From: Candidatus Bathyarchaeota archaeon
GTDB taxonomy: Archaea; Thermoproteota; Bathyarchaeia; Bathyarchaeales; Bathycorpusculaceae
DNA length: 64,000 nt
Reading direction: 5' to 3'
NCBI GenBank assembly: GCA_963806535.1
Contig: CAWDYC010000003.1
Coordinates: 256,001-320,000, forward strand
Positions within the stretch are counted from its first letter, which is position 1. Each line of letters begins with the position of its first letter. Below, piece by piece: positions 20,585 to 32,338 of the stretch. The translations under genes and the position numbers were made by a program. The notes beneath the pieces are model-generated. The model ran no database searches, had not been told where the DNA came from, and saw only the letters and a program-made list of their open reading frames with translations.

Positions 20585-21083
20585 ATCAAGCTTATATTGA
20601 ATTGCGCAAGCATTTCTCTCAATCGAAGTGAGAGATTAACCCCTTCTTTATTAAGTCAAAAATTCTTAGTCGCTATTTGCTATTTTTAAAAATTAGGGAA
20701 GTTAATCTTCTATATTTCTTAAGAACTGCATAATTTTTGCGATTTGCTGAATTGTATAACGATCAGTTTTTTGTTCTTCTTCTATGTTTTTGAGCGGAAT
20801 AATGTTAGGCATATGCAAAGTATTGGCTGCTTTTGTTATAACAATTATGTTGACAGCCTACTTCGAACTTCGAAGTGACGATAAAATCATCGCGAGACAA
20901 TTTAACACTTTCATGTAATTTTTGAGTGGCTTACACTAGCAGAATTCGATGATTCAATTCTACTTTTTCATCAAAACTATCGAAATATTTCGTTAAATTC
21001 AGCGCCGAAGACTTTTTAACGCAATTTCTGCGCGTAATCGTAAGTAAAAGATATATCCCCAATGATGATGCTTAATTGCGTTT

Positions 21084-21360
21084 ATGGCAGATAAAATTCA
21101 TTGTGCACACATACTAGTCAAAACAGAGACAGAAGCAAAAAACATTAAAACTCGACTTGATAAAGGCGAAAAATTCGGCTCAATAGCCAAAAACTGTTTC
21201 ACTTTGCCCATCTTCAAAGAACAGCGGGGACCTCGGCACTTTTACGAGGGGCAAGATGGTTAAAGAGTTTGAGAAAGCTGCCTTTGCGCTTGAGAAAGGA
21301 CAAACTTCTGAACCTGTTAAGACACAGTTTGGGTACCACATAATCAAACGGCTAGAGTAA
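21084..21360 (+). CDS. Parvulin peptidyl-prolyl isomerase (frameshift near 21190)
   Basis: [29 protein letters not shown]. Confidence 0.9.
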
Positions 21361-21450
21361 CCATCTGACATAAGCCAAACGTACCCGCTCACTAAGAATT
21401 GTCAGTAAACATTATTCGTAATAATGTCTTTAAAGAGTTAGTTGGATAAA

Positions 21451-22187
21451 ATGGGTAAACCAAGTTTTTCGCGTAATGAACAGTTGTTAACGCTCATTTG
21501 CGTTGGATTTCTTGTTGCTTTTTTATTTGTCACTTTTTTCAGAGGGAGCTTTCACCTATTTGACGTGGAAGTTAACGATTGGATTTCTTCAAGTCAATCG
21601 AGCCCATTGACAATAATAAATGAGGGATTTGCAGTTGTTTTTGATACTACATCGCTAGTTGTATTATCCTTGATAATTGCCGGTTATTTCTTCTTGAAGA
21701 ATTGCAGAGCACAGAGCTTGTTTCTTCTTAGGTGTTATGGGCGGAGATGCCTTAATTATTTCAATTGTTAAGAATTTGGTTGAGTCGCCTAGACCATCTA
21801 ATGGATTGGTTTTCTCTTCAGGGTTTTCTTTTCCAAGTGGTCATACAGCCGGCAGCATCGTTTTTTGTGGGGCCTTGGCTTTTTTTGCATGGCAACATTG
21901 GAAGAATGTTAGAGCGCGAGCTTCGATTGGAATAGGAGCTGTTGCAGTTTCATCTGCAGTTGGTTTCAGTCGGATTTATTTGAACGTTCACTGGTTCAGT
22001 GATGTAATTGGGGCGGGCATGCTTGGGGTTTTCTGGCTATTTGGCGCGGTTTTAGTGTTCAATCTCCTGCAGGATAGGGGTGAAGTTTGAATCTGAAGGT
22101 TTCCGCAGGATTTCTTTGCCTCTTTTTGTTCTGGCGATTGTGGTTAGTGTATTTATTGTTGCGGGGACTTTGATTTTTGGCTTGTAA
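21451..22187 (+). CDS. PAP2-family phosphatase (frameshifted)
   Basis: K......RP, FPSGH, SRIYLNVHWFSD. Confidence 0.88.
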
Positions 22188-22274
22188 TTGATTAAAAGAT
22201 ATATCTTATTCAGACACATTTATATCCATAAAACCCCAGATAATCATTATAAACTAGAAAAAGAGAGAAAGTTT

Positions 22275-24388
22275 ATGGTAACAGTAAGAGACCCCGTATG
22301 CGGAATGGATGTAGACACAGAAACAGCGTTAAGCGCCAAAATAGGCGACCGAACCTACTACTTCTGCAGCCAACAATGCCTCGACGTCTACACCGCACCA
22401 GAACGTGAACTTAAAGCGATGCAACGAAGAGTTAGCTTCACTTTAGCAGGCGCAGTAGCAGCACTTGCCTTGAAAGTACTAACTCTGTTTGGACTAATCA
22501 CCGCAATAATGTATCTTGACGTTGTCGGGGGACTAAGAATTTACGACATAGCCATATTTATTGTGTCAACGCCTATTGTCTGGATAGCTGGCTACAGAAT
22601 ATACAAAGGAGCCTACCAGTCGCTCAGAAACCGCAATATCAACATGGATGTTCTCGTAACTGTCGGAGTTCTTGCAGGCTGGATATACGGAGTCATAAGC
22701 GTCTTTCTTCTGCCAACCACCGCTTCAACCAGGCACAGGTTACATGGAAGTAGCCATCGGCATCTTAGCCTTTGTCCTGCTCGGAAGATACATCGAAGAA
22801 TTAATTCGACGCCGATCAGCCGCTTCAATACGAAAACTGCTCGAACTTCAACCAACAATGGCTAGAGTCGTCAAAGATGGAAAAGAAACCGACATATCCA
22901 TAGATCAAGTCCAGGTAGGCGACATAGTTATTGTTAAAGCCAGGCGAAAAAATCCCCATCGACGGCACTGTAACTGCAGGTTACTCGTCGGTTGATGAGA
23001 AACTGCTCACAGGTGAAAGCATTCCTGTCGAGAAAACTGTCGGAAGCGAAGTAATCGGCGCCACAATCAACAAAACAGGGCTCTTAACTATCAAAGCCAC
23101 AAAAGTCAGCAGCGAAACTGCTCTGTCACAAATAGTTCATCTTGTTGAAGAAGCTCAAGCTTCGAGTGCTCCAGTCCAAAGATTTGCTGACCGAATTGTC
23201 AAGTGGTTTGTTCCAATTATTTTGTCGGTTGCAACGATTTCGTTTGTTTACTGGTTTGTGGCAAGTGGCAACTTTGCAACAGCATTTTTAGCGTTGCTGG
23301 CTGTGGTCTTAATTTCTTGCCCATGCGCTTTAGGCATAGCTACTCCGACAGCCATTCTTGCGGGTGTAGGAAAAGGTGCAGAATACGGCGTACTCCTTCG
23401 AAGTGGAGAATATGTTGAAAAAGCAAGAAAACTAACAACCGTCATATTCGACAAAACAGGCACTTTGACAAAGGGAGAACCAAGCGTAACCGACATCAAA
23501 ACCTACAGCAACTACACAGCACAAAGCGTATTGCAGTATGCAGGTGCAGCTGAGAAGGGCTCGGAGCATCCTTTGGCAGCAGCGATAGTTGCCAAAGCTG
23601 AAGCTGAAAAAGTTCCTATCCTTGAATCCGACAGTTTTGAGGCTTTACCCGGCAGAGGCGTCCAATGTACTGTCGAAGGAAAAGCTGTGCTGCTGGGAAA
23701 CCGCAAGTTGATGCAGGAAAAAAACGTCTCCATCAGCGAGTTAGAAGCTGACCTTACAGCGCTTGAAACACAAGGAAAAACCGTCATGATACTAGCCGTC
23801 GGTGGCCAAAGTGTCGGATTGATTGCAGCCATGGACACCGTAAAAGAGAGCGCCGCCGAAGCTGTTCAGCAATTGAAGGACATGAATTTGGAAGTTGCAA
23901 TGCTCACTGGGGACAACGAACGAACCGCCAACGCAATCGCCAACCAATTAGGCATTACAAAGGTTATTGCGAATGTTCTGCCATGGCAAAAATCAGAAGT
24001 CATCAAGCAACTGCAGAGTGAAGGAAAAATCGTTGCGATGGTTGGTGACGGAATAAACGATGCACCAGCGTTGGCTCAAGCCGACATTGGCATTGCAATT
24101 GGAAGCGGAACCGACATTGCCAAAGAAACAGGCGGTATAGTGCTCATAAAAGATGATTTGCGAGATGTGGCTTTAGGCGTTGAATTAAGCAAGAAGACAA
24201 TGCGTAAAATCGACACCAATCTGTTTTGGGCTTTTGCTTACAATGTGGTCATGATTCCAATCGCCGCCGCAGGCTTGCTAAATCCTATGTATGCGGCTGG
24301 AGCAATGGCAATAAGCAGCCTAACCGTGGTCAGCAATTCGGCGCTGCTGAAGTTGGCTAAGTTTAAATCAAACAAAGTAAATCAGTAA
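22275..24388 (+). CDS. copA: Cu(I) P1B-type ATPase with N-terminal YHS/TRASH domain (frameshifted)
   Basis: DPVCGM..YFCS, TGES, CPC, DKTGT, SEHP, GDGIND, YN, MxxSS. Confidence 0.93.
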
Positions 24389-24409
24389 AATGTCTAATGT
24401 GAGGTGAAA

Positions 24410-24604
24410 ATGAATATGGCTAAAGATCCAATTTGCGGAATGATGGTTGATGAGAAAAAAGCAAAATTCAAATCCGATTACAACGGCAAAACCTTCTACT
24501 TCTGCGCCGCCTCATGCAAAGCAACATTCGACAAAAATCCAGCAAAGTACGCTGGAACATCAGGAACACCAGGCGTTCATAGCTGCGGTTGCGGAGGACA
24601 CTAA
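24410..24604 (+). CDS. YHS/TRASH metal chaperone
   Basis: KDPICGM...YFCAASC; HSCGCGGH tail. Confidence 0.88.
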   Translation: MNMAKDPICGMMVDEKKAKFKSDYNGKTFYFCAASCKATFDKNPAKYAGTSGTPGVHSCGCGGH

Positions 24605-24694
24605 ACCTTTAGTGTTGCTCTAACCGCCCATTTTCCTTTTTGATTCTCGCATGTTTTTCTATTGTTGCAAACTAACTTGTTAACGCCAAATTTT

Positions 24695-25360
24695 CTAAAA
24701 TGCACCCAACAGCACATGTTCAGCAAACAGGTCTTCATTGAAGGCTCCGACGAACTCAACTTTTTCGTTAATCACTATTTTTGGTACTCCAATAACATTA
24801 TATTTCATGGCTAAATCTGGAAACTCGCTGGTTTCTATAACGTCTGCTTTCACCAGGTCGCTTTCGATGGCTAATTTATGAGCTACTGCCGCGGCTGCAG
24901 GGCAATGTGGGCAGGTTAATGTCACGAAGACTTTGATGTGAACTGGAGATTTTACTTCTTTTAGAATGGATTTTGTTTTGTCTGAAAGGTCGGTTTGTCC
25001 TTTGGATACGTTGATGATTGCTTCAATTAAAGTTTGAAGTTCATACCCGTATGGTATGCCGTAAATTCTTACGCCATAATCCTTTTTGCCAATTATGGCT
25101 ATTGCAGGAATCTTGTCGATGCCGTATTCCTTGGCTTTTGCCGCATCAGCAACAAAATCATGAATCTCCGCAGTTATCTTGCTGTTAAGAGTTGCTAAGT
25201 CTTGGACTAGCTGCCGTGTGTCTGAGCAGAATCGGCATTCAATTTCTTGAGTAAACATTACAATTTTAACTGGGTCAACCAGTTTCGCATTAAAATCGTT
25301 TTTTAATAGTTCTTTTTTGTCATCAGGAATTAAACCCATAAAACTCAGCTTCCTCGCCAT
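24695..25360 (-). CDS. Protein disulfide oxidoreductase (two thioredoxin folds)
   Basis: CRFC and CPHC, GIPYGYE, GVP. Confidence 0.92.
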   Translation of the reverse strand: MARKLSFMGLIPDDKKELLKNDFNAKLVDPVKIVMFTQEIECRFCSDTRQLVQDLATLNSKITAEIHDFVADAAKAKEYGIDKIPAIAIIGKKDYGVRIYGIPYGYELQTLIEAIINVSKGQTDLSDKTKSILKEVKSPVHIKVFVTLTCPHCPAAAAVAHKLAIESDLVKADVIETSEFPDLAMKYNVIGVPKIVINEKVEFVGAFNEDLFAEHVLLGAF

Positions 25361-25507
25361 TTTAACTTTGGCAAATCAACTAAATAAACAGATAATTCAG
25401 GCATATATTGATTTTTCATTTTTCAAAAATAGCTATAACGCTTTATTTCGCTTATCGAATAACGCAAATTTTAGATAGAACTTTGTGCTTCACTTAGTTT
25501 GCTTCTA

Positions 25508-25620
25508 TTGACTTCAGAGTTTGACTTGTTTGCAGGTTGCGACTAGATTTGACTATTTTTGACTCTTTATGACTCAGACTTGCACTGAAATTTGACTGTA
25601 TTTCAGACTAGTTTTGACTC
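25508..25620. repeat. Phased (TT)GACT array
   Basis: GACT at 25510, 25523, 25541, 25551, 25561, 25571, 25577, 25594, 25606, 25616. Confidence 0.8.
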
Positions 25621-25873
25621 ATAATCACAAAGATATCAGAAAACTTCTGCAAACAACCGTCACTATACTCGCCTTAATTGAAAAGGTCACCTTCATACAT
25701 AAGCTTGCAGGATTTGAAAAAATGCAAATTTCAAAACTGCTTGCTGGAAACATGAAATTACGTCTAATTCGGATAAACAAGTTTTCATAAAATACCTCAA
25801 AATCACAATCAATATAAACTCTTGTAAACATTAAAAATGTGATTTTTGGCAATCTAAAATTGGAGCGAAAAAC

Positions 25874-26294
25874 TTGACAACCAAAATTTATGCAAACGCC
25901 AAGTTAATTGAAGGTTTTCAAATTCTCCTCGACGATAATGAGTCCCATAGCTACGTGGTTGATCTTGCGCCTGACCTTGGAACAGGGCTTGGATCTTCCT
26001 CTCTTGAACTTTGCGTAATGAGCCACGCAGGCTGTTATGCTACAATCTTTCTTTTAACAGCCAAGAAAATGCGTTTAGATAATTAAAGGGTTGAAAGTGA
26101 AACTGGAAGCCATAAAATCGGATGAAACAGGAACGATAAGCGAGGAAACCTTTGATATCAGCATTAAGACGGATGCACCACAGGACAGAATTGAACGTGC
26201 CCATAAATTAACGCTTGAAACTTGCCCTGTAGGAATACTTTTTGAGAAGGCAGGCGTTAAAGCAACCTATAAAGTAACTACAAGTAAGGAGTAA
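25874..26294 (+). CDS. OsmC-family protein (frameshifted)
   Basis: SLEL..MSHAGC and TCPV. Confidence 0.82.
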
Positions 26295-26301
26295 ACAAGT
26301 T

Positions 26302-27489
26302 ATGGTTAATGTTGTTTTGAAAGAAGGAGTAAACTGGGTTGGAGCAGTCGACTGGAACATACGTGATTTCCATGGCTACAACACAAACAGAGGAAGCACA
26401 TACAATGCATACTTGATAAGAGACGAAAAAACAGCGCTCATAGACACCGTTAAGAACCAATTCTGTGATGACCTAATAGCGCATATTACTGAATTAACAA
26501 GCTTTGACAAAATCGATTACATAATAGTTAACCACGTCGAAATGGACCATTCAAGCAGCTTACCCACAATTGCCAAACTTGCAAAAAACGCCAAGATACT
26601 TGCTTCGGTCAGAGGCAAAGACGAGTTAATCAAACATTACGGTCACGACTTTGATGTGGTTGAAACTGTGAAAACTGGAGATGAGCTAAAGCTTGGAAAG
26701 AAGACTTTGCGGTTTTTGGAGGCACCTATGCTTCATTGGCCTGACAGCATGTTCACTTACGATGTTGAAGATAAAATTTTGTTGCCGAACGATGCGTTTG
26801 GTCAGCATCTTGCCAGTTCAGGGCGGTTTGATGATGAAGTAGACGAATGTGCCTTGATGGAAGAAGCCTCAATGTACTACGCCAACATCCTCATGCCATT
26901 TGCGCCACTCATCACACGCAAAATCCAAGAAGTTGTTGACATGAAAATCCCAATAGACATGATTGCCCCAAGTCACGGAATCATTTGGCGACGGGACCCA
27001 ATGAAAATCGTCAATGCCTACCTCAAGTGGAGTGCCGGTGAGAGCAAAAACAAGGTTGTCATAGTTTTTGATACTATGTGGCATAGCACAGACACGATGG
27101 CAAGAGCCATAGCTGACGGCATAATCAGCCAAGGCGTAGAAGCTAAACTCTACAAGCTACGCGCCTACAGCATTTCAGAAGCGATGACCGAAATCCTTGA
27201 TGCAAAAGCAGTTCTAGTTGGTTCTCCAACACTTAACAATGGAATGTTCCCAACGCTTGGTCAATTCCTAACTTACGCAACAGGATTGAAACCTAAAGGC
27301 AAGCTTTGGGGTTTCTTTGGTTCTTATGGTTGGGGAGGCGGAGCAGTGAAAGGAATGATTGAAATGGCGAAAAAGGCTGGGTTTGAAGTTTATGAACCAG
27401 GCGTCGAAGTGAAATTTGTTCCTGACCAAGAGGATTTGAAAAAATGTTTTGATTTTGGGCAGCAAATAGCCCAAAAAATCAAAGCCTAA
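26302..27489 (+). CDS. fprA: Flavodiiron protein (O2/NO reductase)
   Basis: FHGY, HVEMDHS, HWPD, DAFG, PSHG, flavodoxin FGSYGW. Confidence 0.95.
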   Translation: MVNVVLKEGVNWVGAVDWNIRDFHGYNTNRGSTYNAYLIRDEKTALIDTVKNQFCDDLIAHITELTSFDKIDYIIVNHVEMDHSSSLPTIAKLAKNAKILASVRGKDELIKHYGHDFDVVETVKTGDELKLGKKTLRFLEAPMLHWPDSMFTYDVEDKILLPNDAFGQHLASSGRFDDEVDECALMEEASMYYANILMPFAPLITRKIQEVVDMKIPIDMIAPSHGIIWRRDPMKIVNAYLKWSAGESKNKVVIVFDTMWHSTDTMARAIADGIISQGVEAKLYKLRAYSISEAMTEILDAKAVLVGSPTLNNGMFPTLGQFLTYATGLKPKGKLWGFFGSYGWGGGAVKGMIEMAKKAGFEVYEPGVEVKFVPDQEDLKKCFDFGQQIAQKIKA

Positions 27490-27494
27490 TTTTT

Positions 27495-28001
27495 TTATTG
27501 TATTTTCATGAATTTTTCTTTTGCGTGTAGCACAGATTGGGCATATATCAGGTGTTGAGCCTTCAAATGTGTTTCCGCAGACAGGGCAAACGTAATAGTC
27601 GGCTTTTGCAGGTTGCAGTTTTGTTTTTCAATGCATCAAGGGCTTTCTGGTAGAGGGCTGCATGGATTTGCTCAACCTTGTTTGCATAGTCAAAGCTGAT
27701 TTCAGCTTTTTTGTTTCCATCTTTTTTGGCTTCCTCGATAAATTCTGGGTACATTTTTTTGAACTCGTATGTTTCGCCAGATACTGGCTGTGCCCAAATT
27801 ATCAGTGGTTGATTTTACCTGCCCCATGACTTTCAGATGGTTTAGGGCATGGACGGTTTCTGCTTGAGCCGCTGCTTTAAACAACATAGCAATTTGGGGG
27901 AAGCCTTCTTCCTCTGCCTTCTTAGCGAAAGCCAAATACATCCTGTTTGCTTGGGATTCGCCTGCGAAAGCTGCTTTTAAGTTGTCATCAGTTTTAGTCA
28001 T
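27495..28001 (-). CDS. rbr: Rubrerythrin (frameshifted)
   Basis: AFAGESQA, ETVHA, MYPEF, EQIH, C-terminal CxxC pairs. Confidence 0.9.
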
Positions 28002-28067
28002 AAAATTCACTGGAAAATAGTAAACAAAAAGCAGGTAATAAGCTATACTAACTCGATATTGATTAGA

Positions 28068-29366
28068 TTATAAGTGCTTTTGATCTTCTTCGTTTCGGGT
28101 TAGGTTATTTTGTTTTTCTTTATTTTCTGTTTTACCTTTTTGAAAAAGCTCGTCAGAATTTGTTATCAAAAAGCCACAAAGTGCCGACAGTATTAATGAC
28201 ACAAGCATTATGAGCCAAGGAGTCGATAACTGATACATATCCAATGAAGATTTAACGACAACAATGTTGATGAACATTGGAACACTGATTGCAAAAACGG
28301 CTAAGGCTTGGTTCTTTTTTCTTACTGACATTATGCTGCCTGCAACTCCGAAAGCAAAAGATAATATCCCCAATAGTGCAAGCGGAAGCCAAGTAAACGT
28401 ATGCAAAGTGCCTTCTAACCCAATCAACCCCCAGTACAAGCTTATGACCGATGTGACTGCCAACAAGATACCTCCAAAAAATGGAAAGTTCCGATGCTTC
28501 AATAGTGAGGAATTATTCGCTTTCTTAGATCTGAAGGAATAGAATATCATGGCTGCAAAGGTTAACGCTGCGCCTACTGCAACTGCGTATATCCAGATGG
28601 GTTGGTTTGCGTTGTGGGAAAAACTAAAACCTGTTGATGTTGTGGTCCAGTAATCTTGTGAAACCTGAACATCAACGTAGGCCGTGGGGAACCAGGTTGA
28701 ACTGGTTGCTGAATAAATGCCAGGTGTTTGTGATTCTTCTGCTTTCACGCCATTGATGGTTACGTTTGCATTATGCACTATTTTCGGTACGTTAACAGGT
28801 CCTACTACTAGGCCGTTCTCAGGAAGCAACAGTTTAGTAACGTTTACCGATACTGCTACATTTCCTAAGCTGTCTGTGTCACGACTTATCAGAGAAACGT
28901 GGAAAGTGTCCCACCAAACCTGTACCCAGTTATTTGTAAAACCGTAAGCATTATTTGCTGAATCAACAAGACTTGAGTTCCATTCTCGTCCATCTGAAGT
29001 AATCAACTTAGTCGGCGTAAAAGCCAAAATATCAGCACTTGTTGAGGAATAATTAAAAGAGAAAAGACCAGACGTAGTATTAACCGATAAGGTGTCTATT
29101 ACCTTATCATTGCGATTGCTTACTTGAATTTTTGCGGTAGCATTTTGGATGTTTTGACCGCTATCGGAACCATAAGTCCACATTGCCTGAAAAGAAAGCG
29201 TTGCATTTCTACCGACGCTTGTATAGATCAATGAATTAGAAATTATGTCTGGCTTGACGGTTACGTAGTAGTTAGATTGGGTTTGAGCAGACACATCGTG
29301 AATAAAAATAGGCAGAACCAAGATAATTGCTATTAAAACTATCCAAGAAAGTGTCTTGTATTTCAA
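28068..29366 (-). CDS. Hypothetical protein with secreted domain plus multiple TM helices
   Basis: Signal peptide, S/T/N-rich domain, about five C-terminal hydrophobic segments. Confidence 0.75.
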   Translation of the reverse strand: MKYKTLSWIVLIAIILVLPIFIHDVSAQTQSNYYVTVKPDIISNSLIYTSVGRNATLSFQAMWTYGSDSGQNIQNATAKIQVSNRNDKVIDTLSVNTTSGLFSFNYSSTSADILAFTPTKLITSDGREWNSSLVDSANNAYGFTNNWVQVWWDTFHVSLISRDTDSLGNVAVSVNVTKLLLPENGLVVGPVNVPKIVHNANVTINGVKAEESQTPGIYSATSSTWFPTAYVDVQVSQDYWTTTSTGFSFSHNANQPIWIYAVAVGAALTFAAMIFYSFRSKKANNSSLLKHRNFPFFGGILLAVTSVISLYWGLIGLEGTLHTFTWLPLALLGILSFAFGVAGSIMSVRKKNQALAVFAISVPMFINIVVVKSSLDMYQLSTPWLIMLVSLILSALCGFLITNSDELFQKGKTENKEKQNNLTRNEEDQKHL

Positions 29367-29517
29367 ACCGATTTTTTCCCCTAATGTTTAGTTTTATGGA
29401 ACAAACTTCTCAATATACTTTTACTCATTATTTCAAGCAACCGAAGGATGCTTTTGATTTTAAGTAAAGTATATTAGTCGTTTTCTGCTTTGGTTTGTTT
29501 GATTTTTGGTGAATTTT

Positions 29518-30171
29518 ATGGAAAAAGTAAAATCATTTACTCTACCCAAACTACCATACGACTACAATGCTTTGGCACCCTACATTTCTGAGCAACAACT
29601 AAAACTCCACCATGACAAACACCACCAAGCCTACGTGAATGGTGCAAATGCAGCTTTTGAAAAAATAGATAAAGCACGAAGCGAAAACGCCGATGTCGAC
29701 ATGAAAGCCATGCTGAAAGAATTATCTTTCAATGTTGGCGGACACATTTTGCACAGTGCTTTCTGGGAAAACATGGCGCCAGCTGGCAAAGGCGGCGGAG
29801 GACAACCTGGCGGAGCTGTTGCCGACATGATTAACATGGGTTTTGGAAGTTTTGAGCGCTTCAAAAAGGAATTCACGATGGCTGCATCAAGCGTTGAAGG
29901 TTCAGGTTGGGCTGCATTAGCAGTTCAACCATGCATTGCAAGACCATTGATAATGCAAATTGAGAAGCACAATGTGAACGTTTTTCCAACATTTAATATT
30001 TTGATGGTTTTGGATGTTTGGGAACACGCCTACTACCTTGACTACAAGAATGAGCGACCAAAATTCATTGAAGCTTTCTGGAATGTTGTCAACTGGGAAA
30101 GAGTAAACAAAAATCTTAGGCCTCGTAAAATAAACACTAAAACTATCCAACTTTTTTGGCTTGGTTTTTAG
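29518..30171 (+). CDS. sod: Fe/Mn superoxide dismutase
   Basis: [20 protein letters not shown]. Confidence 0.96.
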   Translation: MEKVKSFTLPKLPYDYNALAPYISEQQLKLHHDKHHQAYVNGANAAFEKIDKARSENADVDMKAMLKELSFNVGGHILHSAFWENMAPAGKGGGGQPGGAVADMINMGFGSFERFKKEFTMAASSVEGSGWAALAVQPCIARPLIMQIEKHNVNVFPTFNILMVLDVWEHAYYLDYKNERPKFIEAFWNVVNWERVNKNLRPRKINTKTIQLFWLGF

Positions 30172-30187
30172 TGCTTCCGACTCTTTT

Positions 30188-30852
30188 TTAGAGTTTACCT
30201 GTCTCTAGTTTTTTGAGCAAGTCACTTTGTCTTTTAATGTATCTTGTTGAAATGCCTTTCTGAAGGTAGATGGATACGGCAGCTATGCTTTTTGTTGGGT
30301 CATTTCTCATCAAAATAGAGTATAGATGGATCAGTTTTATTCCAACAGGATCTTTGGAAATCTGACCATTGGTTAATTTTAATGCAAGTGACAACAGCAT
30401 CATTAATCGAGCCGCCAGCAGCAACTATTCTAACTTCATCAAATTTTGCAAGACGCAAAAGGCTTATTGTGAGAAGCCGTTCCATGGTGGTTCCCCTGCT
30501 AACACTAATTGTTTGCTCAGCAATATCGGTCATTTCTTTTTCTTCTTGTTCAGCAAATTTAGAATAATCCCAAATCTGCTTTTGAGCGAGATACGCTGAA
30601 ATAGCAGTATGTTTTACCAAGAACTGGGATCTCGAGGTTTGCGATGCATATGTCATTAACGTATACTTTAGCGATTTCTGTTGCCATATTAATGGCTGAG
30701 CAAGTCAAAAACATGGAATCGTTTATTCCTATTACAGTTATTTCGCCGGTTTCTAGTATGCCTGATATTATTTTTTCAACTATGTCAGTTATTTTTAGCG
30801 AAACATCTGACGGTTGAATCACTATTACTTTGCCGTTTGGCTCTTGACTCAT
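30188..30852 (-). CDS. Tandem Alba-like domain protein (frameshifted)
   Basis: Two repeats resembling Alba: EITVIGINDSMFLTCSA and EVRIVAAGGSINDAV. Confidence 0.55.
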
Positions 30853-30926
30853 AAGCGGTGCCTTAGCAGTTATTTGGAGCGTCTGCTAATATAATACTTG
30901 CCAGTTAAAATCAAAAAGTGCACCGA

Positions 30927-31244
30927 TTAAGGTGCTGGAGTTATTTTTATGGCTGCAGCTGGACACTGCATTTCGCAGGCAAGACATTGTATGCAGTCTT
31001 TTTCGCGGGCAGGGTCAGATTTGCGCTCTGAAAGCGGGTGCCCAGGAGAGTCAGCCCAATCGTATAATGAAACAGGGCAAACATCTATGCATACTCCGTC
31101 TCCAACACACGAATCCCAGTCAACAGCGCTGGTTGTTCCATGAATTCCGAGTTTTTGTGGGGCTTCAACAGGTCCCCAAACTTTGTGTCCGTTATGTTCG
31201 CCAACAACTTGGCGTTTGGTTTGAAAATCAGGGTCAATTGGCAA
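30927..31244 (-). CDS. zfx: Zinc-containing 7Fe ferredoxin (Sulfolobus/Thermoplasma type)
   Basis: IDPDF..RQVVGEHNGHKVWGPVE..LGIHGT, CxxDxxC, SDP, CxxCxxC. Confidence 0.9.
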   Translation of the reverse strand: MPIDPDFQTKRQVVGEHNGHKVWGPVEAPQKLGIHGTTSAVDWDSCVGDGVCIDVCPVSLYDWADSPGHPLSERKSDPAREKDCIQCLACEMQCPAAAIKITPAP

Positions 31245-31352
31245 AAAATTCACCACTAAAAATCAACAAAATCGATAATATTAGGGTTTCTGCAATTAAG
31301 TTTTTGTCCGCAAGACATTTTGGGATAACTATCTTATTCTATAATGGTTTGA

Positions 31353-32134
31353 ATGGTTCAATACAACTTGCCAGTTGGCATGCGATACGCAACTCTTGAG
31401 GAAAGAAAACAATTCTACACTTCTGAATTTAACTTAGAAAAGGTTGCCCAATGGTTCAAAGGGGAGCTTGGCAAAACCAAATTTGCAGTAATAATCGGCA
31501 GACATACAAAAATTTATCCAGAAAAATACAAAGAAGACGCTGCAACCACAATAATAATCGACGAATACAAAAATTTAGAAGACCTGAGGCAACAAATACT
31601 TGAGTTTTTACCTGAAGCCGTGTACTATGACAGAAGCGTATATGACGAAAATGACCGTAAAATAGGGCAAGAACTTGCTTTTGATCTTGACCCAGAAAAC
31701 ATAACCTGCCCAATCCACGGCACCTTAGCTGATAAAATGAAGCGCAATGCAGGGTTTAAGCTTCTGTGAATTAGAATTGGAAATGGTTAAACAGGAAGCA
31801 GTCGGGCTCTTATGAGTTTCTTGCAAATCGTTTTTCTGAGGTTAAGGCTGTTTATTCGGGCAGAGGTTTCCACCTACACGTTTTAGACCCGCAAGCCTAC
31901 CAGATGAGCACACAAAAAAGGGAGGAACTCGCTCAGCAAGTAAAAAGCGCCGGGTTCCACATTGACGAATGGGTAACCTCAGGCGAAATGCGTTTGATAC
32001 GGCTGCCTTGGAGTCTAAACGGTTTAGTATCTAGAATTGTGTTGCCACTAACAAAAAAAGAACTGGAAAGCTTTGATGCCGTTCATGACGAACGGTGTTT
32101 ACCAAAATTTCTGAGCGAAAAAGCTACTTTTTAA
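31353..32134 (+). CDS. Archaeo-eukaryotic primase small-subunit-like protein (frameshifted)
   Basis: ELAFDLD, YSGRGFH, IRLPWSLNG. Confidence 0.82.
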
Positions 32135-32338
32135 CTGCTTTAGCTTTTTTCTCGGCTTTGGCATAATATGCTTTCTTTTTCTTTTCTTCTTCTGCTTTTG
32201 TTGGTTTTACATGGTTTTGCCATTAAAATCCTCAATTATGTAATCTTTAACTTGCATAAAAAATTTTCCAGCCCAAAACATCGTTGAAAAGTTTATTTGT
32301 CTTTTAACAGTTCATTTTATTGACATTGAGGCTTTGCT

